IMG/VR virus record: IMGVR_UViG_3300037297_000066
Coordinates: 372,001 to 436,000 of that record
Reading direction: 5' to 3' (one strand)
DNA: 64,000 nt
Position 1 is the first letter of the stretch; each line of letters begins with the position of its first letter. Under the pieces are notes generated by a model. It was given only the letters and a program-made list of their open reading frames with translations, made no database searches and was not told where the DNA came from. Of this stretch, positions 35,273 through 44,065 are shown one piece after another. Made by a program: the position numbers and the translations under genes.

Positions 35273-37465
35273 ATGCCTGTAAACCGCACTGTTCCCAGAA
35301 GGCCCATAGGCACTGTTCCAAAGAAAGACTTTGCTGACGGTCCTCAGAACTTCATTGGTACCAAGATTGGTCTGATCACCCGAGTGGATGAGATCAACAT
35401 GAAGGCCGATGTGAAGATTCTGACAGGTGCAGGTTTTCGCTATGAGCTGGATCTGACCCAATCGATGGCGGGCCCTCGTAGTTTCTGGGGCGGGATCCCT
35501 GAAGTCAATTCTTTGGTCATCTTGGGGTATCGTCGAGTCCACAAGAACCTTCAAGAGGCTGTAATTCTCACCTACCTGCCGACAGGTACCAAGAGCGGTC
35601 TTCGTTTCGATCCCTTCTCTCAGTACGATCCGAACAACGTTGACCCCGACGAACTAGAACTGGTTGAGCAACTCTTGGGGAAGGCCGTCAGGTACAAGCG
35701 ACTCATGATGAAGCCGGGGGACGTGGGAGGCATGTCCTCGTCGGGGTCAGAGCTGGTGCTGTCCAAGGACGTGTCCTTCTGCAACCGAGCCGGAGATTTC
35801 GTTGAGCTAAGGGATTCAGAACGAACTTTAGTAGCACAGTCGGTCCACAGGATTGAAGCAGAGTCAGGTGTCCGCAGAGTCTCTGGGCCTATCCGTCGTA
35901 GTGCTTTCTACTTACCCGAAGACATCTTCGATGCTGATGGGAAGCTCAAGAGCGCTAGTGCAACGGCAGTCAAAGATCGCTACTACGGGCAGGATGAGCT
36001 GGAGAAGATGGGCCCTGGGCTACAGGCTGGGGAGCCCCCCAAGTACGCCAACTCTGACGGAACGGTTTCTGAGATCTTCAACGACTTCACCAACTATCCC
36101 CCCACTACCTATTCAAACGGCCGAAAGGTTCACTACGTCCCCACCTCTCCAGGGCAAGGGATAGACGACATTGGCGCAACGGCTGATGCCTTTGTGGAAC
36201 ATCGAATGGAGATGAGTCAGACCTCTGACTTGTCTCAGGAGGTCCTCGAAGAGATAGATGGGTTCCGTTTGGATCAACGGCTTCCCTACATCGAGCAAGT
36301 TCTGGGTACCGTGGTGGGCAACGACATGCTCACCTCTTTGGGGATGCGTCAGTACGCCGACATTCTCAAACCACGTATCTTTGACGAGTTCAACAGCATC
36401 CAGAGGGGTCGGTTCCGTTTGGAACGGTGCTTAAGGTCTCCTACCAATGATCTCGAAGCCTATACGAAGGCCGGGGCTTACCTGTTCCGGCTTCGAATTC
36501 CTCGGGGTCGTGGGACAGAGTACTTTGCAGCGGCGGTATCGAAGCAAGGAAAGCTCTTCCTCAACGTTCCGGCCCCAGCCACTGAGGACTATGCCTCGGG
36601 GGTGAAGAACGTCTCGGCCGAGATCAACATGGGAGGGGCTCTCAAGGCTCATTTTGGGGCAGCCCGTCCTGATGGTGTTTCCATTCACGCCACTATGGAT
36701 GGGGGCATCAAAGCAGTTATTGGACATGACTCCAGGGGCCGAGCTCTAGACATAACCTATCGGTCTTCTGTCAAGAGCACTTACGAGGCCAATAACCCTG
36801 ACGACAACGGGGTAGCCTACGAGATGCTTTGCAAAGGGGCTCGCCGTACGAACGTCACAGGGACCGACCAAGACTTCGTGGGAGCTCGTCAGTCGGTAGT
36901 AGATGGTGGGGACAAGCTTCAGTGTGATCGTAGAATGGTCAATGCCCATTCCGGTTACACTCTCAATGCGGGAGAGATGAACACTCTCATCGCCGGCAAG
37001 TCTCAGTACAACTACGCCCTTCAGGTATTGGAGAACATCATTGCGGGGGGCCGGATCTCGACCATCTTGGCGGGTGGCTTGGTTCAAAACGTGGCCGCCG
37101 GAGGGATGTCCTACAACGTTGGGGCCGGGGGCATCACGATGACGGTTCAGGCTGGAGGCATCGTGGGGAATGTCACGGCTGGAGGGGTGTCTTTTACTAC
37201 CGCTGCTGGAGCTGTGAATCTTGCAACTGCCAGTGGGGCGGTGTCTATTGGAGCAGGGGCAGGGGCCATCTCTTTGACGGCTAGCTTGGCTCTCAACTTG
37301 ACTGGAGCTCTTATCGTGGCCTCGGCTGCCCAGGTGAAGCTCGGGGCTCCTATCGCCGTTCTAGGAGTCTGCAGAGGTACTCCTACGATGCCCCCAAACA
37401 TGCCTACACTGGATCCAATCACGAACATCCCTCTCCAAGGTAGCGTGCAAGTCTGGTCCACCTGA
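35273..37465 (+). CDS. Central spike (gp5/gpV-like): OB fold plus beta-helix
   Basis: IGLITRVD...GIPEVNSLVILGY OB fold; C-terminal 9-aa Gly-rich repeats (NVAAGGMSY/NVGAGGITM/TVQAGGIVG). Confidence 0.8.
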   Translation: MPVNRTVPRRPIGTVPKKDFADGPQNFIGTKIGLITRVDEINMKADVKILTGAGFRYELDLTQSMAGPRSFWGGIPEVNSLVILGYRRVHKNLQEAVILTYLPTGTKSGLRFDPFSQYDPNNVDPDELELVEQLLGKAVRYKRLMMKPGDVGGMSSSGSELVLSKDVSFCNRAGDFVELRDSERTLVAQSVHRIEAESGVRRVSGPIRRSAFYLPEDIFDADGKLKSASATAVKDRYYGQDELEKMGPGLQAGEPPKYANSDGTVSEIFNDFTNYPPTTYSNGRKVHYVPTSPGQGIDDIGATADAFVEHRMEMSQTSDLSQEVLEEIDGFRLDQRLPYIEQVLGTVVGNDMLTSLGMRQYADILKPRIFDEFNSIQRGRFRLERCLRSPTNDLEAYTKAGAYLFRLRIPRGRGTEYFAAAVSKQGKLFLNVPAPATEDYASGVKNVSAEINMGGALKAHFGAARPDGVSIHATMDGGIKAVIGHDSRGRALDITYRSSVKSTYEANNPDDNGVAYEMLCKGARRTNVTGTDQDFVGARQSVVDGGDKLQCDRRMVNAHSGYTLNAGEMNTLIAGKSQYNYALQVLENIIAGGRISTILAGGLVQNVAAGGMSYNVGAGGITMTVQAGGIVGNVTAGGVSFTTAAGAVNLATASGAVSIGAGAGAISLTASLALNLTGALIVASAAQVKLGAPIAVLGVCRGTPTMPPNMPTLDPITNIPLQGSVQVWST

Positions 37466-38028
37466 TGCCTGCTACGATTCCGGGTGTGGTAGGGGTACTG
37501 GTACCCAACATCCTCTTTACGGGGGTGGGCGTGATCAAGTATTCCAAAGGTGTAGCCAACGGGCTGACTGCTTGGTCTAGGGCTATTCAGATCTCAACTA
37601 CGGACGCAGGTACAGTAGGCGTAGGTAAGGGGGCTCCAATACCGCTCATTGTTCCTCAACCCATTCTGTTTGGAAACATCCTGGCAGGGATGAAAGCCTA
37701 TGACTTGATAGGCTTGTTGGCGGTGCCTTTTGTACTTGGCCTATCGACTGGTCTGAGTCTGGCGTTTGCTCAGATGCTAATCAACACGACACATCCGTCG
37801 GTAGGTTCCGGGACGGCCATAGCGAAGTTCAGCGCTCCCCCAGCCTCTTCTTTCATGATCAGCGGTTTTGCCCGAGAAAACATGACCGGAGAAGGATCCG
37901 TCCGGAAGGCCAGAGCTTTGTCACAAGGTCTGGACAGATCCATCGCGAGTCTTGTTATCCCCGTCCCCATTGTAGGGCCTGCCGCCTCAGCCCCCTCTTC
38001 GGGGTCGGGTTCTGGCAAGCTCATATGA
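37465..38028 (+). CDS. Small hydrophobic Gly-rich protein, candidate spike tip or adaptor
   Basis: Coupled (TGATG) to the spike gene. Confidence 0.45.
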   Translation: MPATIPGVVGVLVPNILFTGVGVIKYSKGVANGLTAWSRAIQISTTDAGTVGVGKGAPIPLIVPQPILFGNILAGMKAYDLIGLLAVPFVLGLSTGLSLAFAQMLINTTHPSVGSGTAIAKFSAPPASSFMISGFARENMTGEGSVRKARALSQGLDRSIASLVIPVPIVGPAASAPSSGSGSGKLI

Positions 38029-38069
38029 GGATGAAAATGCAAACGTCGATTCGTTCCCAGGAGTAACCC

Positions 38070-41000
38070 GTGGGCCTTTCCGTCACTGGTTACGTAGTGG
38101 AGGCCCCAAGAGTCGGACAGGGGAACTCCCCTTTCACGGCTACCCCCAATAGTGTCATCTCGGATCAGGCGGCTTTCAACGCAGCCTATCCTTCGAACGA
38201 GTCTGCTCCTCGAACCGAATACCTGGTTTTCGTTCTGACCGACGGCAAGCTTACGGCTGCTGTTTTGGGGTGGACGAGAAACGAGGTCATCAACCGGTTT
38301 GACTACGAAGGTCAAGAGGGGCGTTTCAAGCCGTTGCCGGGAGCCGCTCTAATCGAGGTTGGGGTTCTAGCCTCTGGCTCCAACACCAACCGTCTCACCG
38401 CTCCCATCCCAATCAGCACCGACTTGGTGACCTATCCCATGCGGATCTCGGTGGGATCCGGAAGTGGGACTACGTTTACCGTCTCCCTGGTAGCCAACGA
38501 TGCTGCCTTGAACTCCCCTGACCCGCCCTCGGGGACGGTCCAGCTTTCTTTGGAGTCAGGGGATTTGGGGTGGGCCCCCGCGGATTTGGTGACCTACGAA
38601 GGGCAGGATGTTCGAGCTCAAAGACAGACGTTCTACAAGTTAGACCAGTCGGCCAGTATAGGAGCCATAGACGGAGTTTTGCTCCTCAATCCTTTGCCCG
38701 CTACAAGCCAGTCTCCGCTCGTTCGGATCGGGTTTGGCGAATACCTCACGGCGATTGAGAAAGCCACAGAGGGGGCGTTTTCAGCGAACCCAACGGCAGG
38801 TACGGTTGAGTGGGCCCGGAACACTGGAAGGCTCAAGTTCAACTCGGGAGACATTTCCTCTAATTCCGGACGTCCGGTCTACTATGACGGGGTCTTGATG
38901 TCCGCCAGTCTGACAGTACCGACCCAAACGGTGGGCACCGTTGATTCCCCGGGGTCGGTTTTTCCAGTCCCTTCCGAGGATAGCGATCTCTACTTCCGGG
39001 TCCCTGGGGTGGTGCAGTTTGAGCAGACCCAGTTCGTGGACACTCTCACATCGGGAAAGGCCGGAGTAGTCCAGATCAACCGAAGCACCGGGGTTGTGAA
39101 GCCCTCTGATGCTGACCAGGCTACCTATGCGGGGGAAACGTTGCAGGCTGTTCTCCCGGACGTTCCTATCGAGCGAGGGATGTCCCTTCGCCTGTTCCGA
39201 TCTCCTGTGGATTTGGAAGGGGCTAACCCTGCGGTCAGAGACCTGGCGGCCTTCCACGAGAGTGAGGGAGCCACGCTGTCGGATCCCATCATTGCCGTAC
39301 CTCAGGTCTACTTGCCAGCGGTTCCTGTAGATACCCTCCCTCTTTCCGTAGACGTGTCTCAAGGGACAGGCTCTTTCACACCCGGGGCTCTTCCTCGCTT
39401 GGATGTCACGTCGCCCCCGACAGGCTACGGGTATGTTCTGGATTTCGAGAATCGGCAGCTGCTTTACGCTCGTCGAGAGGAGAACCAGGTTTTGGGGGCT
39501 CCTCAGGACTACGGGGCAGTTCAGCTTCCAAATCCCCTGGTCTTCTCTTCCAACTTGGTTCTAGAGGTTGAGGACACTGCTGGTGGCGGAACCTACACGC
39601 CGTTGGTGTTGGGAACAGATGCCCTCATCGAGTATCCCCCGGGCCTCGTCACTCTGATTGCCACAGAGGGGAGCTTCGTTCTTTCGGGCACGGCTGGCTC
39701 CATCTCTGGAAGCACCTTCACGGACGCCTCCCAAGACTTCACGGTTCCCCCCGTGTTGGCTGGTGATCTGCTGGTCATTACTAGTGGATCCGCTCAAGGG
39801 GTCTACACTGTCAACACAGTAGCTGCTACCACTCTTGGTCTGGAAGAGAGCTACTCTGGTTCTGAGACTGGAGTGGCCTACGAGATTCGTAGGGGTCAGG
39901 AAATCCTGGCAGACAGGTATTTCCAGGAGGTTCTTCCTCTCGACCCTAACACGAAGGTGGAGCGTCTAAACGCTTTGGGTACCACCACCAACTCCCCCAG
40001 GCTCAACATCAATGTTTCCTTTGCCTCGGTGAGTCGGTTCAGATTCGGCAAGACAACCTTTGCCACGACGGTTTCGCTAGTCATCGATGATGGGTCTTTC
40101 ACTGCACCGTCCTTGATGACGGCGGGGCAGGTGGAGATCAGTCTCGATACGGGCAACCTGAACTTCAGTCAAGATGACGTGCTTGCTGCCGAGACGGTCT
40201 ACTGGGTGAAGGAACTGGATCTAGGGAAAGACTACAAGCTGCAGCCAGACCTGGGCTTCATTGAGTTCACCGAACGGATGTTGGAGTTGGAGGAGGTCTT
40301 GGTCACCTACAAGACCTCTGACGGGACCTTAGTTGAAGAACGAGGGACCTTTTTGGTTCGAAAAGAGGAGGTCTCACATCCGACAGCCACCTCCACCATG
40401 ACCTTCAACCCTTCAGGGAGAGAAGCCGCTGAAACGCCTGCTCCCAGGGTCTTTCGAGGGGGGCGCCCCCAGACCTCTGCTCAGGTCACCATCGATGTAG
40501 CTACTTCCACCATTACCTTCTTACCTAGCACCCAGGTGACAGATGCTCTTCCGGCTGGAATTCCAGTAGACCCTGTTGAGAGCGTCTACATCGACTACTA
40601 TCTCTACCAGGCTTTCGGAGGAGAGAAGACTCTCTCGGTTCTACAGCCTCCTATGCTGAACGTTCCGGTTCAGATCACAGAGGGAGACACTTCTTTTGAG
40701 ATGGGGGGAGATCGTACACCTGACTTCCTGGCTAACTACTTGCTCAAGGTGGATGAGTCACAGGTCTACCTCATTGCCTCGTCGAGCTACGACAGCTTGA
40801 CCGAGAAGACCACGATCAACATTGTAGCTGGTTCGGGAGACAACCAAGGCTTCCTTGATGATTTCCGGAACCCTTCCTTGGCGGTCACTTCTGGGCCCAC
40901 CCCTCTTGCTTCTTATTTCCAGGTGGAATCGGGCTCTTTTGAGGCCACTCCTCGGGGATCTAACACGCTTCGTTTGAGTGGAGATCTGACTCAGACTTAC

Positions 41001-43925
41001 ACGAAGGGAGTTGTGATCTACTTTGACGGGGGGAGCACATACACGGATCTCAATCTGGTGGACGGCTCTGTCTACGACAAGGATACGGATCGAACGGAGG
41101 TTACCTTAGCTTCCAATGGAGCTCGTCAGTACAGCTCAACTCCAGGTCTTTTGAAGCGTTCTGTGAGAGCTATTTTGGGGTCTCCAGTGGCTCAGGCCAA
41201 TACGGCTCGGGCCCCCATCCTAAGCGAACCCAGTCCAGACTCTCCTATCTTCCAAGGCTCTCTTTACGTAGTTTTCCGGAAGGCCGAGGGGGAAATCGGA
41301 ACCATCCTGACAGAAGGAGAAGACTACACCATTGACGGCTCTGGGCTGGTGGTCTTCACGGATCCGTTAGGCTCTGATGAGGAGCTTTCAATTCTTTACT
41401 CGGGCAATCGGTTGGTAGAAGCCGGCCGACGTTTCCGGGTTTCATACACCTACGGGATTGGGCCGGATGACAGCAGCAACGGGCTCTTAGATCAGGTCCT
41501 CACCATGGACTACGTGGCCTACATCCCGGATTCTTTCTTCTGGAGGGTCGAGACCTACACCAACTTCCGAGGGGAGTTGGCTGAGCAGTATGAGGATGAG
41601 GCCAAGGCTTCCGTTCCTTCTGGGGGGCCCGTTTTGGAGAATGCTCCGGCGTCCCGACTTTACGAGCAAGGGGTAGAGTCTGAGTTTTTCGATGAGAGAT
41701 ACCTGTCCAACGAAGATGTGGTGGCCCGAGCTACTCTCAAGCTCTACAACGACATGGTTAACTATCTGGAGGATGCCCTTCAGCATATGGATGGCCGGGT
41801 AGTAGGTGATCAGGATGGTCGGTTCTTGTTCGACGGGAATCTTGACAACCCTGATCGAACTTCTTTCGACGATGTCACCAACCAGATCGACGACCGCTTC
41901 AAGATCAGTCCCGCTCCCTACGAGGTCAACTTCCCTCCCTTGTCGTTGGTTTCCGTGGGGACCTACCAAGAGGTCTACAAAGCTGCCCCAACCAGTCGTT
42001 TCTATCCTACCCAGAGACAGCTGTTTTCCGGGGTGGACTATACGGGAACACCTGATACAGGAGAACCGATTGGGGCTGTAGGTTACGAGAACGTTACCGG
42101 TCTCAATGGAGTAGAAAAACGGTGGCCCTGGGCTATCGTGACGGAGACGGCAGAGGCCACAGCCACTCAGCTTTCGGTGGACTATGCTCAAGGGGATGAA
42201 ACGCTGCTACGGCCTCCTTTCTCCTCGGGGGATACGGTCACTGTGTACGCCCCCAATCGAGTCTCAGTTCTCATTTCGGCCGTAGCTGTGGTGGGGGTTC
42301 CCAACGGTACTACCATTCAGCTAGGGACCCTGGGGGTGATCGTTCCCAGGGGTTCGGCGGTGGTGCTCGACAAGTCTGACACGAACTACCGAGACAAGTA
42401 CTCTGTGGGTTGGGATCTTGGCTTGGATTCTGAGCTTGGACTACTGACCTACATTGATGCGGGCACCTTTTTCACCAACAACCCCCCTCCAACGGGAACC
42501 ATGTTGGACATGGTGGCTGGCCTTCCGGCAGCTTACACAGATCCCGAGCGTTTCCCTGCTTTGGATGGCCTTACCACGGATGACGATGGGAATCGGGCCC
42601 TGCCGCCCCTCAACCCCTACTATGAGTCTGAGCTAGGAGGATCCGAGCATATTGGGTATCTTTACCGAGAAAGAGAGGCGCTTGAAGGTGGGGGACGCTT
42701 GAGGGATGCCACTCAGGCACCGTTCTTGGGGGTGGGGGATACCACAGGCACGATCATTAACCTAACTAGCCCAGCTACTTTCCCAGCTCCGGCTCCTCAA
42801 GCAGGGGACTTGGTACGCATTCTGGATGGTAACCCTGCCAACACGGCGAACTTCCGGAGAATCATCTCGGCGACAACCAACAGTGTTACTGTTGCGGGTG
42901 GGGATAGCTACGTTTCGGACACTGGGTTCAACTTCACGGTCACAGTCAGCAACAACCTGGAGTCTGGTTCTGGGACAGTCAGCCCCGCTACTCGTCTGAC
43001 TGATGGTTCGGCTACCTTCCAAAGCAACAACGTGTTGCCAGGGCACACGGTGGTTTTGAACAACACCGAAAGACGTCAGGTGACAGCTGTGATCTCCGAG
43101 ACTCAGCTCAACATCACGGCGGCTTCTTTCACTGGGGGGGCTTCCTATCGAGTGGAAAATCCTCGAAGCACGTTTGGGGGTAGTAACTCGATTCAGGACG
43201 ACGTTGTAGACTTCCTGAACGGAGAGTTGGGAGCCCTTTCTACGAACACTCCTCCGGGCCCTTATGGGCAACGAACAGCTCTTGGGAAATACTTAGACGA
43301 AGCCTTCTCCTACATCTATGTAGCCTATGGAGGCAGCGTTAGTGGGAGCACGCTCACGAGCGGCGGAGCTCAGTTCCTAGACGATGCTCAGGCTGGGGAC
43401 TACATCTACGTCAAGACGGGGGCCAACACTGGTGTTTACCGAATAGACTCGATCACGAGTCAAACAGCTTTGGAGATCGAAGGCACTTTCCCCTCCGCCG
43501 GAGCCGTCACTTACTGGCTTGCCCAGACGAGTTTGGCTACTCAAACTGCCTTGGAAACGGTGGGAGAGGTGATGGCTCGTATTGACGACGCCATTGCTGA
43601 AACCACCACCTTCTTGAGTTTGGCCAGTACTCAGATTCCTGTTTCGGGGGATGCCGGAGCCTTTGCTCTAGGTTGGCTGACTTCGGACATGACCAGTCGG
43701 GTATCTGAGATCAACCTTCGAATCAGTGCCCTCACGACGGATGTGCCTTTACTGGAAGACATTTTGGCAGCCACTGACCGGCTCTACGACAAGAGGTACG
43801 TATGGATCGATGCAAGGATCAATCGGGAGAACGGAATCATAGTGAGGAAGGAACGGGCGCAGGAGAGCCGGTCGAAGAACAAGAGCAAGACGCTGAAGGC
43901 ACTGACGAAACTCCTGACGACGTAA
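38070..43925 (+). CDS. Very large baseplate/structural protein with repeated beta domains
   Basis: 1951 aa; recurring G.V.I...TG.L.F and DY....G.I.F motifs; C-terminal helix; lies in the baseplate cluster. Confidence 0.7.
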   Translation: MGLSVTGYVVEAPRVGQGNSPFTATPNSVISDQAAFNAAYPSNESAPRTEYLVFVLTDGKLTAAVLGWTRNEVINRFDYEGQEGRFKPLPGAALIEVGVLASGSNTNRLTAPIPISTDLVTYPMRISVGSGSGTTFTVSLVANDAALNSPDPPSGTVQLSLESGDLGWAPADLVTYEGQDVRAQRQTFYKLDQSASIGAIDGVLLLNPLPATSQSPLVRIGFGEYLTAIEKATEGAFSANPTAGTVEWARNTGRLKFNSGDISSNSGRPVYYDGVLMSASLTVPTQTVGTVDSPGSVFPVPSEDSDLYFRVPGVVQFEQTQFVDTLTSGKAGVVQINRSTGVVKPSDADQATYAGETLQAVLPDVPIERGMSLRLFRSPVDLEGANPAVRDLAAFHESEGATLSDPIIAVPQVYLPAVPVDTLPLSVDVSQGTGSFTPGALPRLDVTSPPTGYGYVLDFENRQLLYARREENQVLGAPQDYGAVQLPNPLVFSSNLVLEVEDTAGGGTYTPLVLGTDALIEYPPGLVTLIATEGSFVLSGTAGSISGSTFTDASQDFTVPPVLAGDLLVITSGSAQGVYTVNTVAATTLGLEESYSGSETGVAYEIRRGQEILADRYFQEVLPLDPNTKVERLNALGTTTNSPRLNINVSFASVSRFRFGKTTFATTVSLVIDDGSFTAPSLMTAGQVEISLDTGNLNFSQDDVLAAETVYWVKELDLGKDYKLQPDLGFIEFTERMLELEEVLVTYKTSDGTLVEERGTFLVRKEEVSHPTATSTMTFNPSGREAAETPAPRVFRGGRPQTSAQVTIDVATSTITFLPSTQVTDALPAGIPVDPVESVYIDYYLYQAFGGEKTLSVLQPPMLNVPVQITEGDTSFEMGGDRTPDFLANYLLKVDESQVYLIASSSYDSLTEKTTINIVAGSGDNQGFLDDFRNPSLAVTSGPTPLASYFQVESGSFEATPRGSNTLRLSGDLTQTYTKGVVIYFDGGSTYTDLNLVDGSVYDKDTDRTEVTLASNGARQYSSTPGLLKRSVRAILGSPVAQANTARAPILSEPSPDSPIFQGSLYVVFRKAEGEIGTILTEGEDYTIDGSGLVVFTDPLGSDEELSILYSGNRLVEAGRRFRVSYTYGIGPDDSSNGLLDQVLTMDYVAYIPDSFFWRVETYTNFRGELAEQYEDEAKASVPSGGPVLENAPASRLYEQGVESEFFDERYLSNEDVVARATLKLYNDMVNYLEDALQHMDGRVVGDQDGRFLFDGNLDNPDRTSFDDVTNQIDDRFKISPAPYEVNFPPLSLVSVGTYQEVYKAAPTSRFYPTQRQLFSGVDYTGTPDTGEPIGAVGYENVTGLNGVEKRWPWAIVTETAEATATQLSVDYAQGDETLLRPPFSSGDTVTVYAPNRVSVLISAVAVVGVPNGTTIQLGTLGVIVPRGSAVVLDKSDTNYRDKYSVGWDLGLDSELGLLTYIDAGTFFTNNPPPTGTMLDMVAGLPAAYTDPERFPALDGLTTDDDGNRALPPLNPYYESELGGSEHIGYLYREREALEGGGRLRDATQAPFLGVGDTTGTIINLTSPATFPAPAPQAGDLVRILDGNPANTANFRRIISATTNSVTVAGGDSYVSDTGFNFTVTVSNNLESGSGTVSPATRLTDGSATFQSNNVLPGHTVVLNNTERRQVTAVISETQLNITAASFTGGASYRVENPRSTFGGSNSIQDDVVDFLNGELGALSTNTPPGPYGQRTALGKYLDEAFSYIYVAYGGSVSGSTLTSGGAQFLDDAQAGDYIYVKTGANTGVYRIDSITSQTALEIEGTFPSAGAVTYWLAQTSLATQTALETVGEVMARIDDAIAETTTFLSLASTQIPVSGDAGAFALGWLTSDMTSRVSEINLRISALTTDVPLLEDILAATDRLYDKRYVWIDARINRENGIIVRKERAQESRSKNKSKTLKALTKLLTT

Positions 43926-44062
43926 GTCCGAAATGGGTCCGGAAGGAACGTTTCGCCATTCAGGATCGCATGATTGATGTGGTGAAGAAGACCATTGAAG
44001 CCGCTAAGGCTGAGAGAGACGCAGCCAAGAAGAGACTGAGGAAGCTGCAGTACGGAAGATAG
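43802..44062 (+). CDS. Small protein overlapping the upstream gene by 124 nt
   Basis: GAGGT Shine-Dalgarno before ATG 43802; basic helical C-terminus fills the gap to 44066. Alternative start 43970. Confidence 0.5.
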   Translation: MDRCKDQSGERNHSEEGTGAGEPVEEQEQDAEGTDETPDDVSPKWVRKERFAIQDRMIDVVKKTIEAAKAERDAAKKRLRKLQYGR

Positions 44063-44065
44063 TCT

